A stretch of 64,000 bases of DNA from Bdellovibrionota bacterium (GCA_965207455.1 CBDBMJ010000003.1:96001-160000); one strand, 5' to 3'. Shown: positions 9,878 to 20,316, numbered from the stretch's first letter. Notes: generated by a model not told the origin, from the sequence alone. Numbers and translations: made by a program.

Positions 9878-10753
9878 ATGGACGCCATATTTCCCTGCAC
9901 CTCTCTAGCAAAAAAAATATTGAACGATTCCCAACAATCTGCCCAAGCCTTCCATGAACAATACAAACAAAAACCAACCCTTTGCGTGGTTTTAGTGGGA
10001 GAAGACCCTGCTAGCCTAGTCTATATAAAGAAAAAAAGTGAGGCCTGCAACACCCACTCTCTTGCAGCCACCGATATTCACCTACCCGAAAGTACTAGCC
10101 AGGCCGAACTCGACGATGTAATAGAAAAACTGAATCAAGACCCCTCCATCCACGGAATCCTTGTCCAATGCCCATTACCCCAGGGACTTTCCCAATCTCG
10201 CATACAGGGCCTAATCGATCCCAAAAAGGACGTGGATTGCTTTCATCCCACCAATACGGGCAAACTCATGAACAATCCCCAACAAGCTTTTCAAGAAGGC
10301 TTAGTTCCCTGTACTCCTGCAGGTATAATGGAAATTTTAAAGGAAAACGATATCTCCATAGACGGAAAAAATGCTGTGGTACTGGGGCGTTCTAACCTCG
10401 TGGGCAAACCCATGGCCCTATTGTTATTAGGCGCCAATGCCACCGTCACCCTTTGCCACTCCCGAACAAGAAATGTAAGCGACGAATGCAAACGCGCAGA
10501 TATTTTAATTGTAGCCGTAGGCAAACCACAACTCGTTACCCAAGAATTTGTGAAACCTGGAGCTGTGGTAATCGACGTGGGAATCAATCGAGTAAACGTC
10601 GACGGAAAAAATCGATTAGTAGGAGACGTGGATCAAACCTCCGTTTCCACACAGGCGAGCCTCCTTACCCCCGTACCCAAAGGAGTGGGAGTGATGACCA
10701 TTGCCATGCTTATTCGGAATACAGTGCGCGCAGCATGGAACCAAAAAAAATGA
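9878..10753 (+). CDS. folD: Methylene-THF dehydrogenase/cyclohydrolase
   Basis: VLVGEDPAS..Y, KDVDCFH, PCTP, GRSNLVGKP, TPVPKGVG; likely ATG 9878. Confidence 0.97.
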   Translation: MDAIFPCTSLAKKILNDSQQSAQAFHEQYKQKPTLCVVLVGEDPASLVYIKKKSEACNTHSLAATDIHLPESTSQAELDDVIEKLNQDPSIHGILVQCPLPQGLSQSRIQGLIDPKKDVDCFHPTNTGKLMNNPQQAFQEGLVPCTPAGIMEILKENDISIDGKNAVVLGRSNLVGKPMALLLLGANATVTLCHSRTRNVSDECKRADILIVAVGKPQLVTQEFVKPGAVVIDVGINRVNVDGKNRLVGDVDQTSVSTQASLLTPVPKGVGVMTIAMLIRNTVRAAWNQKK

Positions 10754-11841
10754 AAAAAACACCTCTATACAAACAACATGTACAATTAGGCGCAAACCTA
10801 GTGGACTTTAACGGCTGGCAACTGCCCGTGCAATATTCCAGCATTATGAAGGAGCATGCGGCAGTACGCAACCAAGCAGGTCTATTCGATGTCAGCCACA
10901 TGGGTGAAATCTGGGCGACGGGACCGGACGCACAAGAATTTATCAATAAAGTAATTACCAACGATGTCGGCCCCCTCCAAGAAGGCAAAGCCCTATATAC
11001 CGTACTGTGCCGACATGACGGCGGCATCCTCGATGATTTTATTGTCTATAAATACACACCCCAACGATTTTTAATCTGCGTAAACGCCTCCAACAGAGAA
11101 AAAGATTTTCGCTGGCTTGTGGAACAACTGGACAAAGAACGAGTGAAATTAGAAGACCATTCAGACAACTACTGTCAAATAGCCCTGCAAGGCCCCAAAT
11201 CCCTAGAAATTTTAAAAAAAATCTGCGACCCGGATCTTCCCTACTACCACTTCACAGAAAAAGAAATTTCTTATAACGGTGTAACTGTGCCGACAATGAT
11301 TAGTCGCACAGGATATACAGGAGAATGGGGTTATGAATTATATATGCCCAGCGCATATGGTCCCCACCTATGGCAAGCACTGTTGGAGGCAGGTTCTCCC
11401 CTAGGTTTAATTCCATGCGGCCTAGGCGCGAGAGATATTCTACGAACGGAAGTAAATTTTCCCCTGTACGGTCATGAGCTTACTGAAAATGTTACCCCCT
11501 TTGCAGCAGGTCTAGCCTGGGTAGTAAAAATGGACAAACCCTCTTTTATTGGCAAAGACGCTCTCCTAGAGCTAACAGAAAAAAAGACGTGCCTAAGAAA
11601 TATTGTAATGGAAGGCCGTGCAATCCCCCGCTCTGGCTGCGAAGTCTATGGACCAGAAAAAAAAGAACCCATTGGTTATATTACTAGCGGTACCCTTTCT
11701 CCTATGTTACAAAAACCTATTGCTATTGCTCAGGTCTCTAAGGACTTAACAATAGGAGAAGATATTTTTATAAAGATTCGAAACCGATTTTTTGCCGGAC
11801 AGGTGGTGAAGGCTCCCTTCTATAAAAAAGAGGAAAAGTAA
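10750..11841 (+). CDS. gcvT: Glycine cleavage aminomethyltransferase T
   Basis: KKTPLY...FDVSHMG, SRTGYTGE; ATG overlaps the folD stop (ATGA). Confidence 0.96.
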   Translation: MKKTPLYKQHVQLGANLVDFNGWQLPVQYSSIMKEHAAVRNQAGLFDVSHMGEIWATGPDAQEFINKVITNDVGPLQEGKALYTVLCRHDGGILDDFIVYKYTPQRFLICVNASNREKDFRWLVEQLDKERVKLEDHSDNYCQIALQGPKSLEILKKICDPDLPYYHFTEKEISYNGVTVPTMISRTGYTGEWGYELYMPSAYGPHLWQALLEAGSPLGLIPCGLGARDILRTEVNFPLYGHELTENVTPFAAGLAWVVKMDKPSFIGKDALLELTEKKTCLRNIVMEGRAIPRSGCEVYGPEKKEPIGYITSGTLSPMLQKPIAIAQVSKDLTIGEDIFIKIRNRFFAGQVVKAPFYKKEEK

Positions 11842-11845
11842 TTTC

Positions 11846-12235
11846 ATGTCAGAAGAAATTCCAAAGGACTTGCGCTATACTCCAGAACACGAGTGGGTAT
11901 CTGTAAAAGAAAATACTGCACTCGTAGGCATCACCTTCCATGCACAAGATGCGCTGGGTGAAATAGTTTATGTGGAATTACCAGAGGTTGGCACGGAGTT
12001 AAAAAAAGGAGACACTCTTGGCGCAGTGGAAAGTGTAAAGGCCGCTAACGATCTGTACTCCCCTATTTCGGGTAAGGTACTAAAAATAAATACAATGCTA
12101 GCAGACGACCCAGGACAAGTAAACTCCGACCCGTATAATGCAGCATGGATGATCGCACTAGAAATTACCAACCCTCAAGAACTCGACACATTAATCGACG
12201 CTGACGCATACAAGAAGATAATATCTTCCCTATAA
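11846..12235 (+). CDS. gcvH: Glycine cleavage H protein
   Basis: HEWV, VESVKA lipoyl-lysine motif, NSDPY. Confidence 0.97.
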   Translation: MSEEIPKDLRYTPEHEWVSVKENTALVGITFHAQDALGEIVYVELPEVGTELKKGDTLGAVESVKAANDLYSPISGKVLKINTMLADDPGQVNSDPYNAAWMIALEITNPQELDTLIDADAYKKIISSL

Positions 12236-12253
12236 TTTTTTTTAAAAGCTCCT

Positions 12254-12703
12254 TTGACAAAGTTTATAAACAACGATATGTTGGTCTCCGATATGCCCAG
12301 TGATACAAATTTTGCAACAGTTGACGTGAAGAAAAAAGAACTCATAACAGAAGAAAGTTCTTTATCTAATTTTGAAACAAGTACTTTTCATAACATTTCT
12401 CCGACGATAAACGAAGACACGAACTCCACCCACGCCAACCGACAAATTTTTTCCAGCATGCTTGTTACCAGCAAAATAGATTCCAATGTGGATTGCTCCG
12501 TAACGGACAGAATATCCCAACTGCTGGAAAGCCCTCAAGTGAATGCCATACTAAGTGCTGCAGAAAAACTATCCCGCGAAAAAGATATACCATTAGCAAA
12601 GTCCATGGAACAAATTATTGGAAGCCTACGGGAACTGGACGAACTATGGACTCAAGTTCTCTTCCGTGAAGGATTAAACCACCTAAGCAAATCTATCCAA
12701 TAA
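12254..12703 (+). CDS. Hypothetical protein, helical C-terminus; start uncertain
   Basis: ORF fills the gap after gcvH; protein-like C-terminal half. Confidence 0.6.
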   Translation: MTKFINNDMLVSDMPSDTNFATVDVKKKELITEESSLSNFETSTFHNISPTINEDTNSTHANRQIFSSMLVTSKIDSNVDCSVTDRISQLLESPQVNAILSAAEKLSREKDIPLAKSMEQIIGSLRELDELWTQVLFREGLNHLSKSIQ

Positions 12704-12713
12704 AACTAGCCGA

Positions 12714-12773
12714 GGTCACACAAGGGGGTCACACAAGGGGGCCGCAAGGGGGCCGCACAAGCGGACCGCACAG
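12714..12773. repeat. Degenerate 11-13 bp tandem repeat (GGTCACACAAGGG / GGCCGCA(CA)AGGG), about 5 units
   Basis: Fills the spacer between two convergent genes. Confidence 0.75.
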
Positions 12774-13574
12774 TTAAGACTGCACCACAAAATCCCAATA
12801 AATTCTAATCAACCCACCTCGTTCAATCAATCCTCGTGGAGGATTGGGGAAAGGCCCCGCCCGATTAAACGCCTCAATAGCCGCCTCATCTAAATCAATA
12901 GCCCCCGACCCCCGTAACAACTTAATGGCCTTAATACGCCCATGACGATCAAGAAAAACAGAAAGGCGAGTAGTATAACTAGCATCCGTAAGAAAACGCC
13001 GCTCACTTTTTATGTAACGAAATATGGCACCACGAAGCTCAGAACTCCAAGAACTCTCCAAGCGCTTACGAATACGATGGTAATAAGTATAGTAAATAAA
13101 TTCTTTTGTATTTAACAAAGTGCTATTACCCTTTTTCACTTTTTTCAAATAATCGTTACTGGCCGATGGCTGAGCTAAACGCTTCCTCTTCTTGACGGAC
13201 ATAAAATTCCCCACTGTGCTGGGAACCAGTTGCTTTAAATCCAGCACCCTCAGCTGAGCTTTTTTTCCTGCACGAAAAGGGCTTATATTTTCAGACTTGG
13301 TCTCCTTTTTCACACTTTGATTACGCTTACCCAAATATTTGGTTTTTTTCGGCACCCTACGATCAAGACTTTCCTCCGTCTCCACAATCTGTCTACGCTC
13401 CACAGGCTCTAACAAATCAAACTCCACTATCTCTTGCACCTCTGCTACCGGTCGACCAAAGAAAAATCCAAAAGTAATAAAATGAATGAGAACGGAAAGC
13501 AACAGTGTCAGTAAAAGACTGGATGCCAACAATCTATTTAGCGGCAGAAAAGCTTTGGATCTCAGTTTATTCAT
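12774..13574 (-). CDS. TonB-family energy transducer
   Basis: N-terminal TM with SxxxH (SVLIH); C-terminal GSGAIDLDEAAIEAFNRAGPFPNPP. Confidence 0.85.
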   Translation of the reverse strand: MNKLRSKAFLPLNRLLASSLLLTLLLSVLIHFITFGFFFGRPVAEVQEIVEFDLLEPVERRQIVETEESLDRRVPKKTKYLGKRNQSVKKETKSENISPFRAGKKAQLRVLDLKQLVPSTVGNFMSVKKRKRLAQPSASNDYLKKVKKGNSTLLNTKEFIYYTYYHRIRKRLESSWSSELRGAIFRYIKSERRFLTDASYTTRLSVFLDRHGRIKAIKLLRGSGAIDLDEAAIEAFNRAGPFPNPPRGLIERGGLIRIYWDFVVQS

Positions 13575-13614
13575 ACATTCACATACCTAATAAAATATAC
13601 CCCTATACAACAAG

Positions 13615-13642
13615 GTATCGGCACTTTAATAGAATTTCTAAA
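13615..13642 (-). promoter_or_regulatory. Possible sigma-28 promoter for the TonB gene
   Basis: Minus strand TTAG-N15-GCCGATAC; -10 is consensus, -35 imperfect. Confidence 0.4.
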
Positions 13643-16352
13643 AGTCTTCGCTAAAAAAATTGCTAGAATCGGGTACCTGCTGCTTATCCCTTGTCCTGAC
13701 TGTGGGTTCTGTGCCCTCTGCAAAAGCCACCTTTACGGAATCCACACTTTTGGAGCTAGCAAAACTACCGTCCTTAGGATTTATACGAACAAAAACAATG
13801 TCTTGGGGCACTTCGTAGGTATTGAGAGGATACACCTCCAAACAACTTTTCATGTAATCCACCCAAGCAGGTAAGGCTGCCCTAGAACCGGTCTCTCCCT
13901 TTCCCAGACTTCTGGGAGCATCGAAACCAGTCCATACTCCCGTTATAATTTCAGGGGAAAAACCCACAAACCAAGCATCCACGAAATCATTGGTAGTACC
14001 TGTTTTTCCACCCAAACTTCTTCCGAGGCGAGAGGCTCTCCAGCCCGTACCACGAGTAACCACGTCACGAAGTATATCTCCTATAATAAAAGCTGTTTTT
14101 GAATTCATTGCGCGCATGGGATCCTCAAACTGAGGTGCCTTGAAGTTGGCAATTTTCTCATCCTTACTCTCATCCTTCTTTTCTCCTGCGGAATCAGCGG
14201 TTTCTGGTATGGGATCAGATTCTTCTGCCAAGGCTTTAGCTGCTGCCTCCTCCTTCATTCTTTCCTCTTCACGATCCTCTAACCATTTTTGAGCTATTTC
14301 TGCCTGCACGTCTTCCTCATCATACTCGAAAAGAATCTCTCCATTTCTATCTTCGATTTTTAAAATATAAATGGGTTCTATTTTCAATCCATTCCTGGGA
14401 AAAAGCGCATAGCTTTTCGTCAAGTCCATCAAGGATATAATATTGGATCCAAGGGCAAGGGAGAGGTCTTCATTCAATCCTTTTCGTATGTCTAGGTTTT
14501 TTAAGTAATTTAACATATAGGGTACTTGTATTTTCTGTAATAGCTTTACCGTGGGCACATTTCGGCTTTTAATTAATGCCATCCGAAGAGTAGTGTCTCC
14601 ATAAAATCGCTCACTATTGTTTTCAGGGATCCATTTAAATTCTTCTTTCCCCTGATTTTCAAAAATCATGGGAGAATCCATAATAATAGACACCGGGTTA
14701 TAACCCCTATCTAAGGCAGCGGCATAGATAAAGGGCTTAAAAGCAGAACCCGGTTGACGCTTGCTCTGGATCACTCGATTATATTCTGAATTTCTAAAAT
14801 CCACACCACCAACCATGGCCACCACATAGCCTGTTTTTGCTTCCATGCTCACCAGCGCACTCTGAGCTGTTGCTTTTTGGGTCAACGCCACCCTCACATA
14901 CGGATCTTCTTTTTCCTCCTCTGGAGTGTTTTCCTCAGTGAGGTTGGATGGCTCTTCCTGAAAAAGTGCTTTAGGAATATCCAAGACCCTCACATCAATC
15001 ACATCACCTAAGCTAAGGGACTCTGAAACTTCTGTAAGCTTCTCACCATTGGAGAACGCATTGGATTCTATTTTTTTAGCCCAACTCATATTATTTATAC
15101 TCAGTTTTGTTTTTATCCCTCCAATCATGGCAACGGCTGCTTTCTTATCCTCATCTATACTAATAACAACGGCATGGTAATCCTCACCCTTGGCAAGTAA
15201 ATCTATTTCCTTCTTATATAAGCCCAACTCCTGAGCCTTATTCATGCTGTATTGGGCCCATTCTTCCTGAGACACTTCCTCATTTTTATCTGTGGGTAAG
15301 AGCAAGAAAGGGAATTTCTTTGTGAAAACCTCCACTTGAATTTTCTTTAACTCCTCCAGTATTTCTTCGTTATCCTCTACATACACTTTTTTTGACGGTC
15401 CCAAATATCCCTGCCTCTTAGAGAGTTTAAGAATATTCCTCACAATTGCTTTGTTTGCGGATAAGGAAAGATTATAGTTAGCGGCAGAATAGATTTTTAA
15501 TCCAGCAGTATAGAGCTGATCTTGGCCGTACTCCTCCAACACTTTCCTACGAATGTGCTCCACATAATAGGGGCTAACCTGGTTATTGACTTCCTTGTAA
15601 TGGTACAAGCGAACATTTTCCTCCATTGCCTGATCGTGCTGTTCTTGGTCGATATGTTTCGTATCCAACATCCTACCCAATACGTATAGTTGTCGCCTGC
15701 GCGCTTGCACGAAATTCGTCATAGGTGAGTACTTAGAGGGAGCTTGTGCAAGACCTGCCAGTAGTGCCATCTCTGCTATGGTTAGGTCTTTGGCATTTTT
15801 CTTAAAATATGTTTTGGCTGCTGCTTCCACACCATAAGCTCCATGCCCAAGATAAATTTGATTTAAATATAAAAATAAAATCTCTCTTTTATTGAGATTA
15901 TTTTCTATTTGACTGGCAAGAATGGCTTCCTTGAACTTCCGAGTAAAGGATCGCTCCGAGGTTAATAGTAAAGATTTCGCTACCTGCTGTGTAATGGTAC
16001 TTCCTCCCTGCACTACTCTACCTGCTTTCAAATTAGCCAAAGTGGCTCGAAGGATTCCTAAAAAATCAATCCCCTTATGATCAAAAAATCGATCATCCTC
16101 TGCACTAATAAAAGCTTCCACAGCGAGTTGGGGAATTTCATCAATACTCAGCACATAACGCCTTTCCTTGTAGAACTCTCCTATTATGCGACCGTCGCGA
16201 GAAAATACTTGGGTAACTAGTGCAGGTGAGTAGTCTCGCAAAGAAGAAATAGCTGGTAGATTTTTTAATACAACAAGGATTGCAATTAAGGCTGCTGTAA
16301 CTCCAATAATACCCAAGATAAAACAGCTAAAAAATATTTTTTTATACGACAT
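13638..16352 (-). CDS. mrcA: Class A penicillin-binding protein 1A
   Basis: EDDRFFDHKG, QGGSTITQQ, SAFK, SRN, KTGTT motifs; likely ATG 16352. Confidence 0.93.
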   Translation of the reverse strand: MSYKKIFFSCFILGIIGVTAALIAILVVLKNLPAISSLRDYSPALVTQVFSRDGRIIGEFYKERRYVLSIDEIPQLAVEAFISAEDDRFFDHKGIDFLGILRATLANLKAGRVVQGGSTITQQVAKSLLLTSERSFTRKFKEAILASQIENNLNKREILFLYLNQIYLGHGAYGVEAAAKTYFKKNAKDLTIAEMALLAGLAQAPSKYSPMTNFVQARRRQLYVLGRMLDTKHIDQEQHDQAMEENVRLYHYKEVNNQVSPYYVEHIRRKVLEEYGQDQLYTAGLKIYSAANYNLSLSANKAIVRNILKLSKRQGYLGPSKKVYVEDNEEILEELKKIQVEVFTKKFPFLLLPTDKNEEVSQEEWAQYSMNKAQELGLYKKEIDLLAKGEDYHAVVISIDEDKKAAVAMIGGIKTKLSINNMSWAKKIESNAFSNGEKLTEVSESLSLGDVIDVRVLDIPKALFQEEPSNLTEENTPEEEKEDPYVRVALTQKATAQSALVSMEAKTGYVVAMVGGVDFRNSEYNRVIQSKRQPGSAFKPFIYAAALDRGYNPVSIIMDSPMIFENQGKEEFKWIPENNSERFYGDTTLRMALIKSRNVPTVKLLQKIQVPYMLNYLKNLDIRKGLNEDLSLALGSNIISLMDLTKSYALFPRNGLKIEPIYILKIEDRNGEILFEYDEEDVQAEIAQKWLEDREEERMKEEAAAKALAEESDPIPETADSAGEKKDESKDEKIANFKAPQFEDPMRAMNSKTAFIIGDILRDVVTRGTGWRASRLGRSLGGKTGTTNDFVDAWFVGFSPEIITGVWTGFDAPRSLGKGETGSRAALPAWVDYMKSCLEVYPLNTYEVPQDIVFVRINPKDGSFASSKSVDSVKVAFAEGTEPTVRTRDKQQVPDSSNFFSEDF

Positions 16353-16372
16353 TATACTCTCTCCCAATCACC

Positions 16373-17317
16373 CTAATCTAGGGCAAGCTCCTCGGCCATG
16401 GCCTCAATAGTAATAAAAGCTGCTTCTTTGCCTGCTGCCATGATTCCAGCACGTCGCTTGAAATCCATAAAAGAATAATTACTAAGCTCCGGCTTGATGA
16501 GGAATTGAGCTTCTCCTCTTTGGTACTTGGAAATATTTTTTGCTACGAAAAACTGCATGGCTATTTTTTTCCTGTCTTTATCCAGAAAATTCAGTCGAAA
16601 ATCGTCGTTCAATAAATCCACAACAACCACATGGGTGGCACCTTTTTTTTTCGCTAAAGCAATGGGCAAGGGACGAAACAAAGCGCCACTAAAGAGTTCT
16701 TTATTCTCATTGATCTTCCATGGCTCAAATATACCTGGGATGGCAATAGCCACACTCACCGCATCTGCCACCTCTTCATCATCTAAAGTGATAAACCTGC
16801 CGTACTCAGGTTCCATGGCTGGAACAATAAGTTTTATCTTTAAATCACGTTGCTGCTTAAATCCCAAATAGGAACGAAGGAATTTATGTATCTTTTTTCC
16901 ACTGGCTGCTCGGGAAAACAAGGCCGAATCCAAATAGGTATTCTTTTTTAATTTAAACAACTGCCACTGTAAGGCATTAATTTCTCCAGAACTGGCAAAA
17001 AGTCCACCTACCACTGCTCCCATTTCCATACCGACAATACAATGCAAAGGCACGTTTTTTTCCACAAAGGCTTCCAACACGCCCACATGGGCAAAACCCC
17101 TAGCCATGCCCGGACCCAAAACAAGGCAAATGCGAGCCTCCGGATCCCAGGCAATAGCACCAGCCTTGGTGTCTTCTTTTCTTATCTTCTCACGCTCAAT
17201 AACAGGCGCACTAGTGACCTCATCATATAAAGAATACTTCTTCTTGGATCCAGTGGCACAGGCTCCTAGTAGGAGAGAAAGTACACAGCCAGCAATAATC
17301 CTATTTTTTGCTTCCAT
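16373..17317 (-). CDS. Patatin-like lipoprotein with altered catalytic motifs
   Basis: Lipobox LLGAC; LGPGMARGFAHVG loop; GMEMG in place of GxSxG; SGA in place of DGG. Confidence 0.8.
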   Translation of the reverse strand: MEAKNRIIAGCVLSLLLGACATGSKKKYSLYDEVTSAPVIEREKIRKEDTKAGAIAWDPEARICLVLGPGMARGFAHVGVLEAFVEKNVPLHCIVGMEMGAVVGGLFASSGEINALQWQLFKLKKNTYLDSALFSRAASGKKIHKFLRSYLGFKQQRDLKIKLIVPAMEPEYGRFITLDDEEVADAVSVAIAIPGIFEPWKINENKELFSGALFRPLPIALAKKKGATHVVVVDLLNDDFRLNFLDKDRKKIAMQFFVAKNISKYQRGEAQFLIKPELSNYSFMDFKRRAGIMAAGKEAAFITIEAMAEELALD

Positions 17318-18038
17318 AGAGAAAAAACTCCTGATTCCCTTTTTTACCTTTAATTTCTGAGGGCTTTATACCAAGCACTCGAAACGAATAACTCTCCACA
17401 TGCTCCTTAGCGGAACGCAAAACATTCTCAATTAAATCCTCATTCTTTACCACACCACTTTTATTTAAACCCGATGGTCCCACTTCAAACTGAGGTTTTA
17501 CAAGGGCGAGGAGCTTACCTCCTGATGGTAGAAACTTTGTTATGTGTGGAATAATTTTATGGAGCGACACAAAGGAAACATCCACTAAAACAATATCAAT
17601 CACATGAGCAATATTAACTAGAGGAAATTTCTGAATGGAAATGCCTTCCCAAAAATCTACCCGATGATCCATTCGCAGTGTTTTATCCAATTGATCCGTC
17701 CCCACATCCACACAATAAACATGTTGAGCACCTTTTTCTAATACACAACCAGTAAATCCTCCTGTGGAAGCGCCCACATCCAGAACCACCTTGTTACGAA
17801 CAGAAATAGCAAAATCACTAAGTGCTCTATCTAATTTTAAACCACCTCTGGAGATATGGGCACACCATTTTTTAGAAATCTTTACCTTGTGAGCGTGAGA
17901 AACCGTTTGACTCGGCTTCCAGCAGGTACGGTCGTCCACATACACTCCACCCCGGAGAATGAGATCCCGGGCCTGGCTCCTGCTCTTCACCAAACCTTTC
18001 TGAAAAATCCACTGATCTAGGCGAAAATCAGGTGTCAT
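17301..18038 (-). CDS. tlyA: TlyA-family rRNA 2'-O-methyltransferase
   Basis: S4 domain, SRGGLKL, DVGASTGGFT, DVSFVSL, LVKPQFE, GNQEF. Confidence 0.95.
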   Translation of the reverse strand: MTPDFRLDQWIFQKGLVKSRSQARDLILRGGVYVDDRTCWKPSQTVSHAHKVKISKKWCAHISRGGLKLDRALSDFAISVRNKVVLDVGASTGGFTGCVLEKGAQHVYCVDVGTDQLDKTLRMDHRVDFWEGISIQKFPLVNIAHVIDIVLVDVSFVSLHKIIPHITKFLPSGGKLLALVKPQFEVGPSGLNKSGVVKNEDLIENVLRSAKEHVESYSFRVLGIKPSEIKGKKGNQEFFLYGSKK

Positions 18039-18285
18039 CTCTAAACGCTTCAGTGTTAATCATTTCTTTATTCGAGGAAACTAAAAGTTCAATTTTCTGT
18101 TCTGCCTCACTTAGTTTTTCCTGACAACGTTTAGCCAAAACCAAGCCCTTTTCAAATTCCTCCATGGACTTCTCAAGAGGGCTTTCTCCTCTTTCTAAAT
18201 TCCGAACAATTCCCCTAAGCTCCTCTAGTAGAACTTCCAATGTCTCCTGCTTTTTCTTTTTCTCGGTAACTTTTTTCTTTTTCAT
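18028..18285 (-). CDS. xseB: Exodeoxyribonuclease VII small subunit
   Basis: LEELRGIVRNLERGESPLEKSMEEFEKG...CQEKLSEAEQKI. Confidence 0.95.
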   Translation of the reverse strand: MKKKKVTEKKKKQETLEVLLEELRGIVRNLERGESPLEKSMEEFEKGLVLAKRCQEKLSEAEQKIELLVSSNKEMINTEAFRDDT

Positions 18286-18382
18286 CCTCCCTTCTTATCA
18301 CTTTACTTACCCCTATTTCTAGCCCGTTTTTCCAACTTTTTGCTTATAAAAGCCCTCCTCTGCTATACTTAGGCTAAGATCT

Positions 18383-18889
18383 ATGAAAATACTGACAAAA
18401 AAACCTCTCTATCAGTTCTTTTGTCCCCTATGTGGACAAGAAAAGAAAACGCCCCACCCCAACCATAAGACTTCCCTTCGAAACCATGTCCAAATTTTCC
18501 TTGCCACCTCTTTCTTTACACTCCTCACTTGGGAGTATTTTCACTGGAAGGGCGTGGTTAGCTACTTTCTTTTCTGGAGCCTTACGGATTTTTTTCTTCG
18601 ATTGAAACGACGACAGCTGCTGATTTGTAAGTCCTGTGGTTTTGACCCCTTTTTATACACTTCGAATCCTGAAAAAATGCGTAGCGTCGTAAGGAGGCAT
18701 ATCCAAAAGCGCATTCATGCTGAGAGCCTGTTCCAGGGGGTTGCCCTAAAAAATTATCACACAGCCCCAGAAGAGTCCTCTCCCTCCCCAAAACCACTGG
18801 AACGCAATGCCCAAGGGCTGGAGGAAAATCTTCCATCTATGCCTCCCCCCGACTTGACTCCCATACCTCCCCTAGATACAAATCAGTAA
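18383..18889 (+). CDS. Hypothetical membrane protein with two CxxC pairs flanking a TM hairpin
   Basis: CPLC, hydrophobic hairpin, CKSCGFDP, Pro-rich tail. Confidence 0.7.
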   Translation: MKILTKKPLYQFFCPLCGQEKKTPHPNHKTSLRNHVQIFLATSFFTLLTWEYFHWKGVVSYFLFWSLTDFFLRLKRRQLLICKSCGFDPFLYTSNPEKMRSVVRRHIQKRIHAESLFQGVALKNYHTAPEESSPSPKPLERNAQGLEENLPSMPPPDLTPIPPLDTNQ

Positions 18890-18919
18890 ACATCAATTTA
18901 TATTCCAAAGGAGATTTTC

Positions 18920-19363
18920 ATGTCAGTAAATAAAGTGATTTTAGTAGGACGACTGGGAGCCGACCCAGAAATACGTTATACGCCATCTGGAGCGGCCGTA
19001 ACAAATTTTAACCTAGCCACCAGCGAGAGTTGGAACGACAAAAGCGGGCAAAAACAGGAGCGTACCGAATGGCACCGAATTGTGGTGTGGGCAAAACTAG
19101 CTGAGCTATGCAATCAATACTTATCGAAAGGACGACAATGCTACCTAGAAGGTCGACTCCAAACAAGACAATGGGACGATAAGGACGGCAATAAACGCTA
19201 CACCACAGAAATCGTTGCCAGCACTGTTCAATTTCTAGGATCCAACGCCCAATCCACTACCAATACAGACGAGACAGCGGCGGATACCAGTACTACTAAT
19301 CAACCACCTCCTAGCACTGGAGCAACGGAAACATCCTTTACTGAAGACGATATACCATTTTAA
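18920..19363 (+). CDS. ssb: Single-stranded DNA-binding protein
   Basis: [15 protein letters not shown]...TEWH; DDIPF C-terminus. Confidence 0.98.
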   Translation: MSVNKVILVGRLGADPEIRYTPSGAAVTNFNLATSESWNDKSGQKQERTEWHRIVVWAKLAELCNQYLSKGRQCYLEGRLQTRQWDDKDGNKRYTTEIVASTVQFLGSNAQSTTNTDETAADTSTTNQPPPSTGATETSFTEDDIPF

Positions 19364-19410
19364 ACACGCCTAACGGTATTTCGATCCACTGCGAAGTTAA
19401 GAGGTGAACC

Positions 19411-20154
19411 ATGAGATTTCTCGTTGTCATTCCGACCTATAATGAAATAGAAAATCTCCAAGATATCACCTCCTTAATCTTGCAACATGCGGACGAAACC
19501 GCAAAACTAGCTGGTATCCAAGAGTTTCATATTCTCATCGTGGACGATAACTCTCCCGACGGCACCGGCGCTCTTGCAGCGGAGCTATCCAAAAAAGATC
19601 CACGTATCTTTGTGATACACAGACAGCAAAAAGAGGGACTGGGCAGGGCCTGTATTAGTGGCTTTTGTTGGGGCATAGAAAGAAAGTATGATGCCCTTTG
19701 TGAAATGGACGCAGATTTTTCCCACCACCCCAAACACCTCAAGGACTTTTTTCCTCTCCTAAAAAACCACAGCGTGGTTATTGGTTCTCGCTACACTCCC
19801 TCTGGAAATACAAAAAACTGGAGCATCTTTCAAAGAGCTATCAGCAGGGGAGGAAACCTATACGCCCAGACCATGCTGGGACTCCACATTCAGGATCTAA
19901 CAGGAGGCTATAACGTTTGGAAACGTGAAGTCTTGGAAGCCATCGGCCTCTCTTCTATTGAAAGCCAGGGCTATCTCTTTCAAATTGAAATGAAATATCG
20001 GGCATGGATAAAAGGGTTTTCCATGGTGGAAACCCCCATCGTTTTTGAAGAACAAAACCAAGGCCCCTCAAAAATATCCAAAAAAATTCTTTTAGAAGCG
20101 GTTTTCCGTATACCTGTTTTACGAACAAATAAAAACTCCCATGTCTCTCATTAA
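19411..20154 (+). CDS. GT2 polyprenol-phosphate glycosyltransferase (Dpm1/Ppm1-like)
   Basis: VIPTYNE, VDDNSPDGT, MDADFSH, DLTGGY. Confidence 0.9.
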   Translation: MRFLVVIPTYNEIENLQDITSLILQHADETAKLAGIQEFHILIVDDNSPDGTGALAAELSKKDPRIFVIHRQQKEGLGRACISGFCWGIERKYDALCEMDADFSHHPKHLKDFFPLLKNHSVVIGSRYTPSGNTKNWSIFQRAISRGGNLYAQTMLGLHIQDLTGGYNVWKREVLEAIGLSSIESQGYLFQIEMKYRAWIKGFSMVETPIVFEEQNQGPSKISKKILLEAVFRIPVLRTNKNSHVSH

Positions 20155-20293
20155 AAAACGCCTCCCTTACCTACTCATTGGCCTTCTCATCGGCACGGCC
20201 CTATCCGTCCTGCTCATACAAGCCAAACGGCAGCGATTGCTAAACCAAACTACTCCAGCACCAACCCAATCAGGTGAAAAAAAACAAGATTGA
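20141..20293 (+). CDS. Small single-pass membrane protein, 50 aa
   Basis: MSLIKKRLPYLLIGLLIGTALSVLLIQAKRQRLLNQTTPAPTQSGEKKQD*; below the ORF-track cutoff; fills the gap between two GT2 genes. Confidence 0.55.
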   Translation: MSLIKKRLPYLLIGLLIGTALSVLLIQAKRQRLLNQTTPAPTQSGEKKQD

Positions 20294-20316
20294 GGTTATA
20301 CTGAAGGGGTAGGAAC

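Noticed and set aside
10453..10749. Long N-terminal extensions on gcvT (also folD, MATE, ffh, HEAT in the track)
   Set aside because: Artefacts of longest-ORF calling; family motifs begin at downstream starts
11846..12235. gcvP missing after gcvT-gcvH; ispA/dxs missing between xseB and tlyA
   Set aside because: Split operons are common and absence cannot be judged from one window
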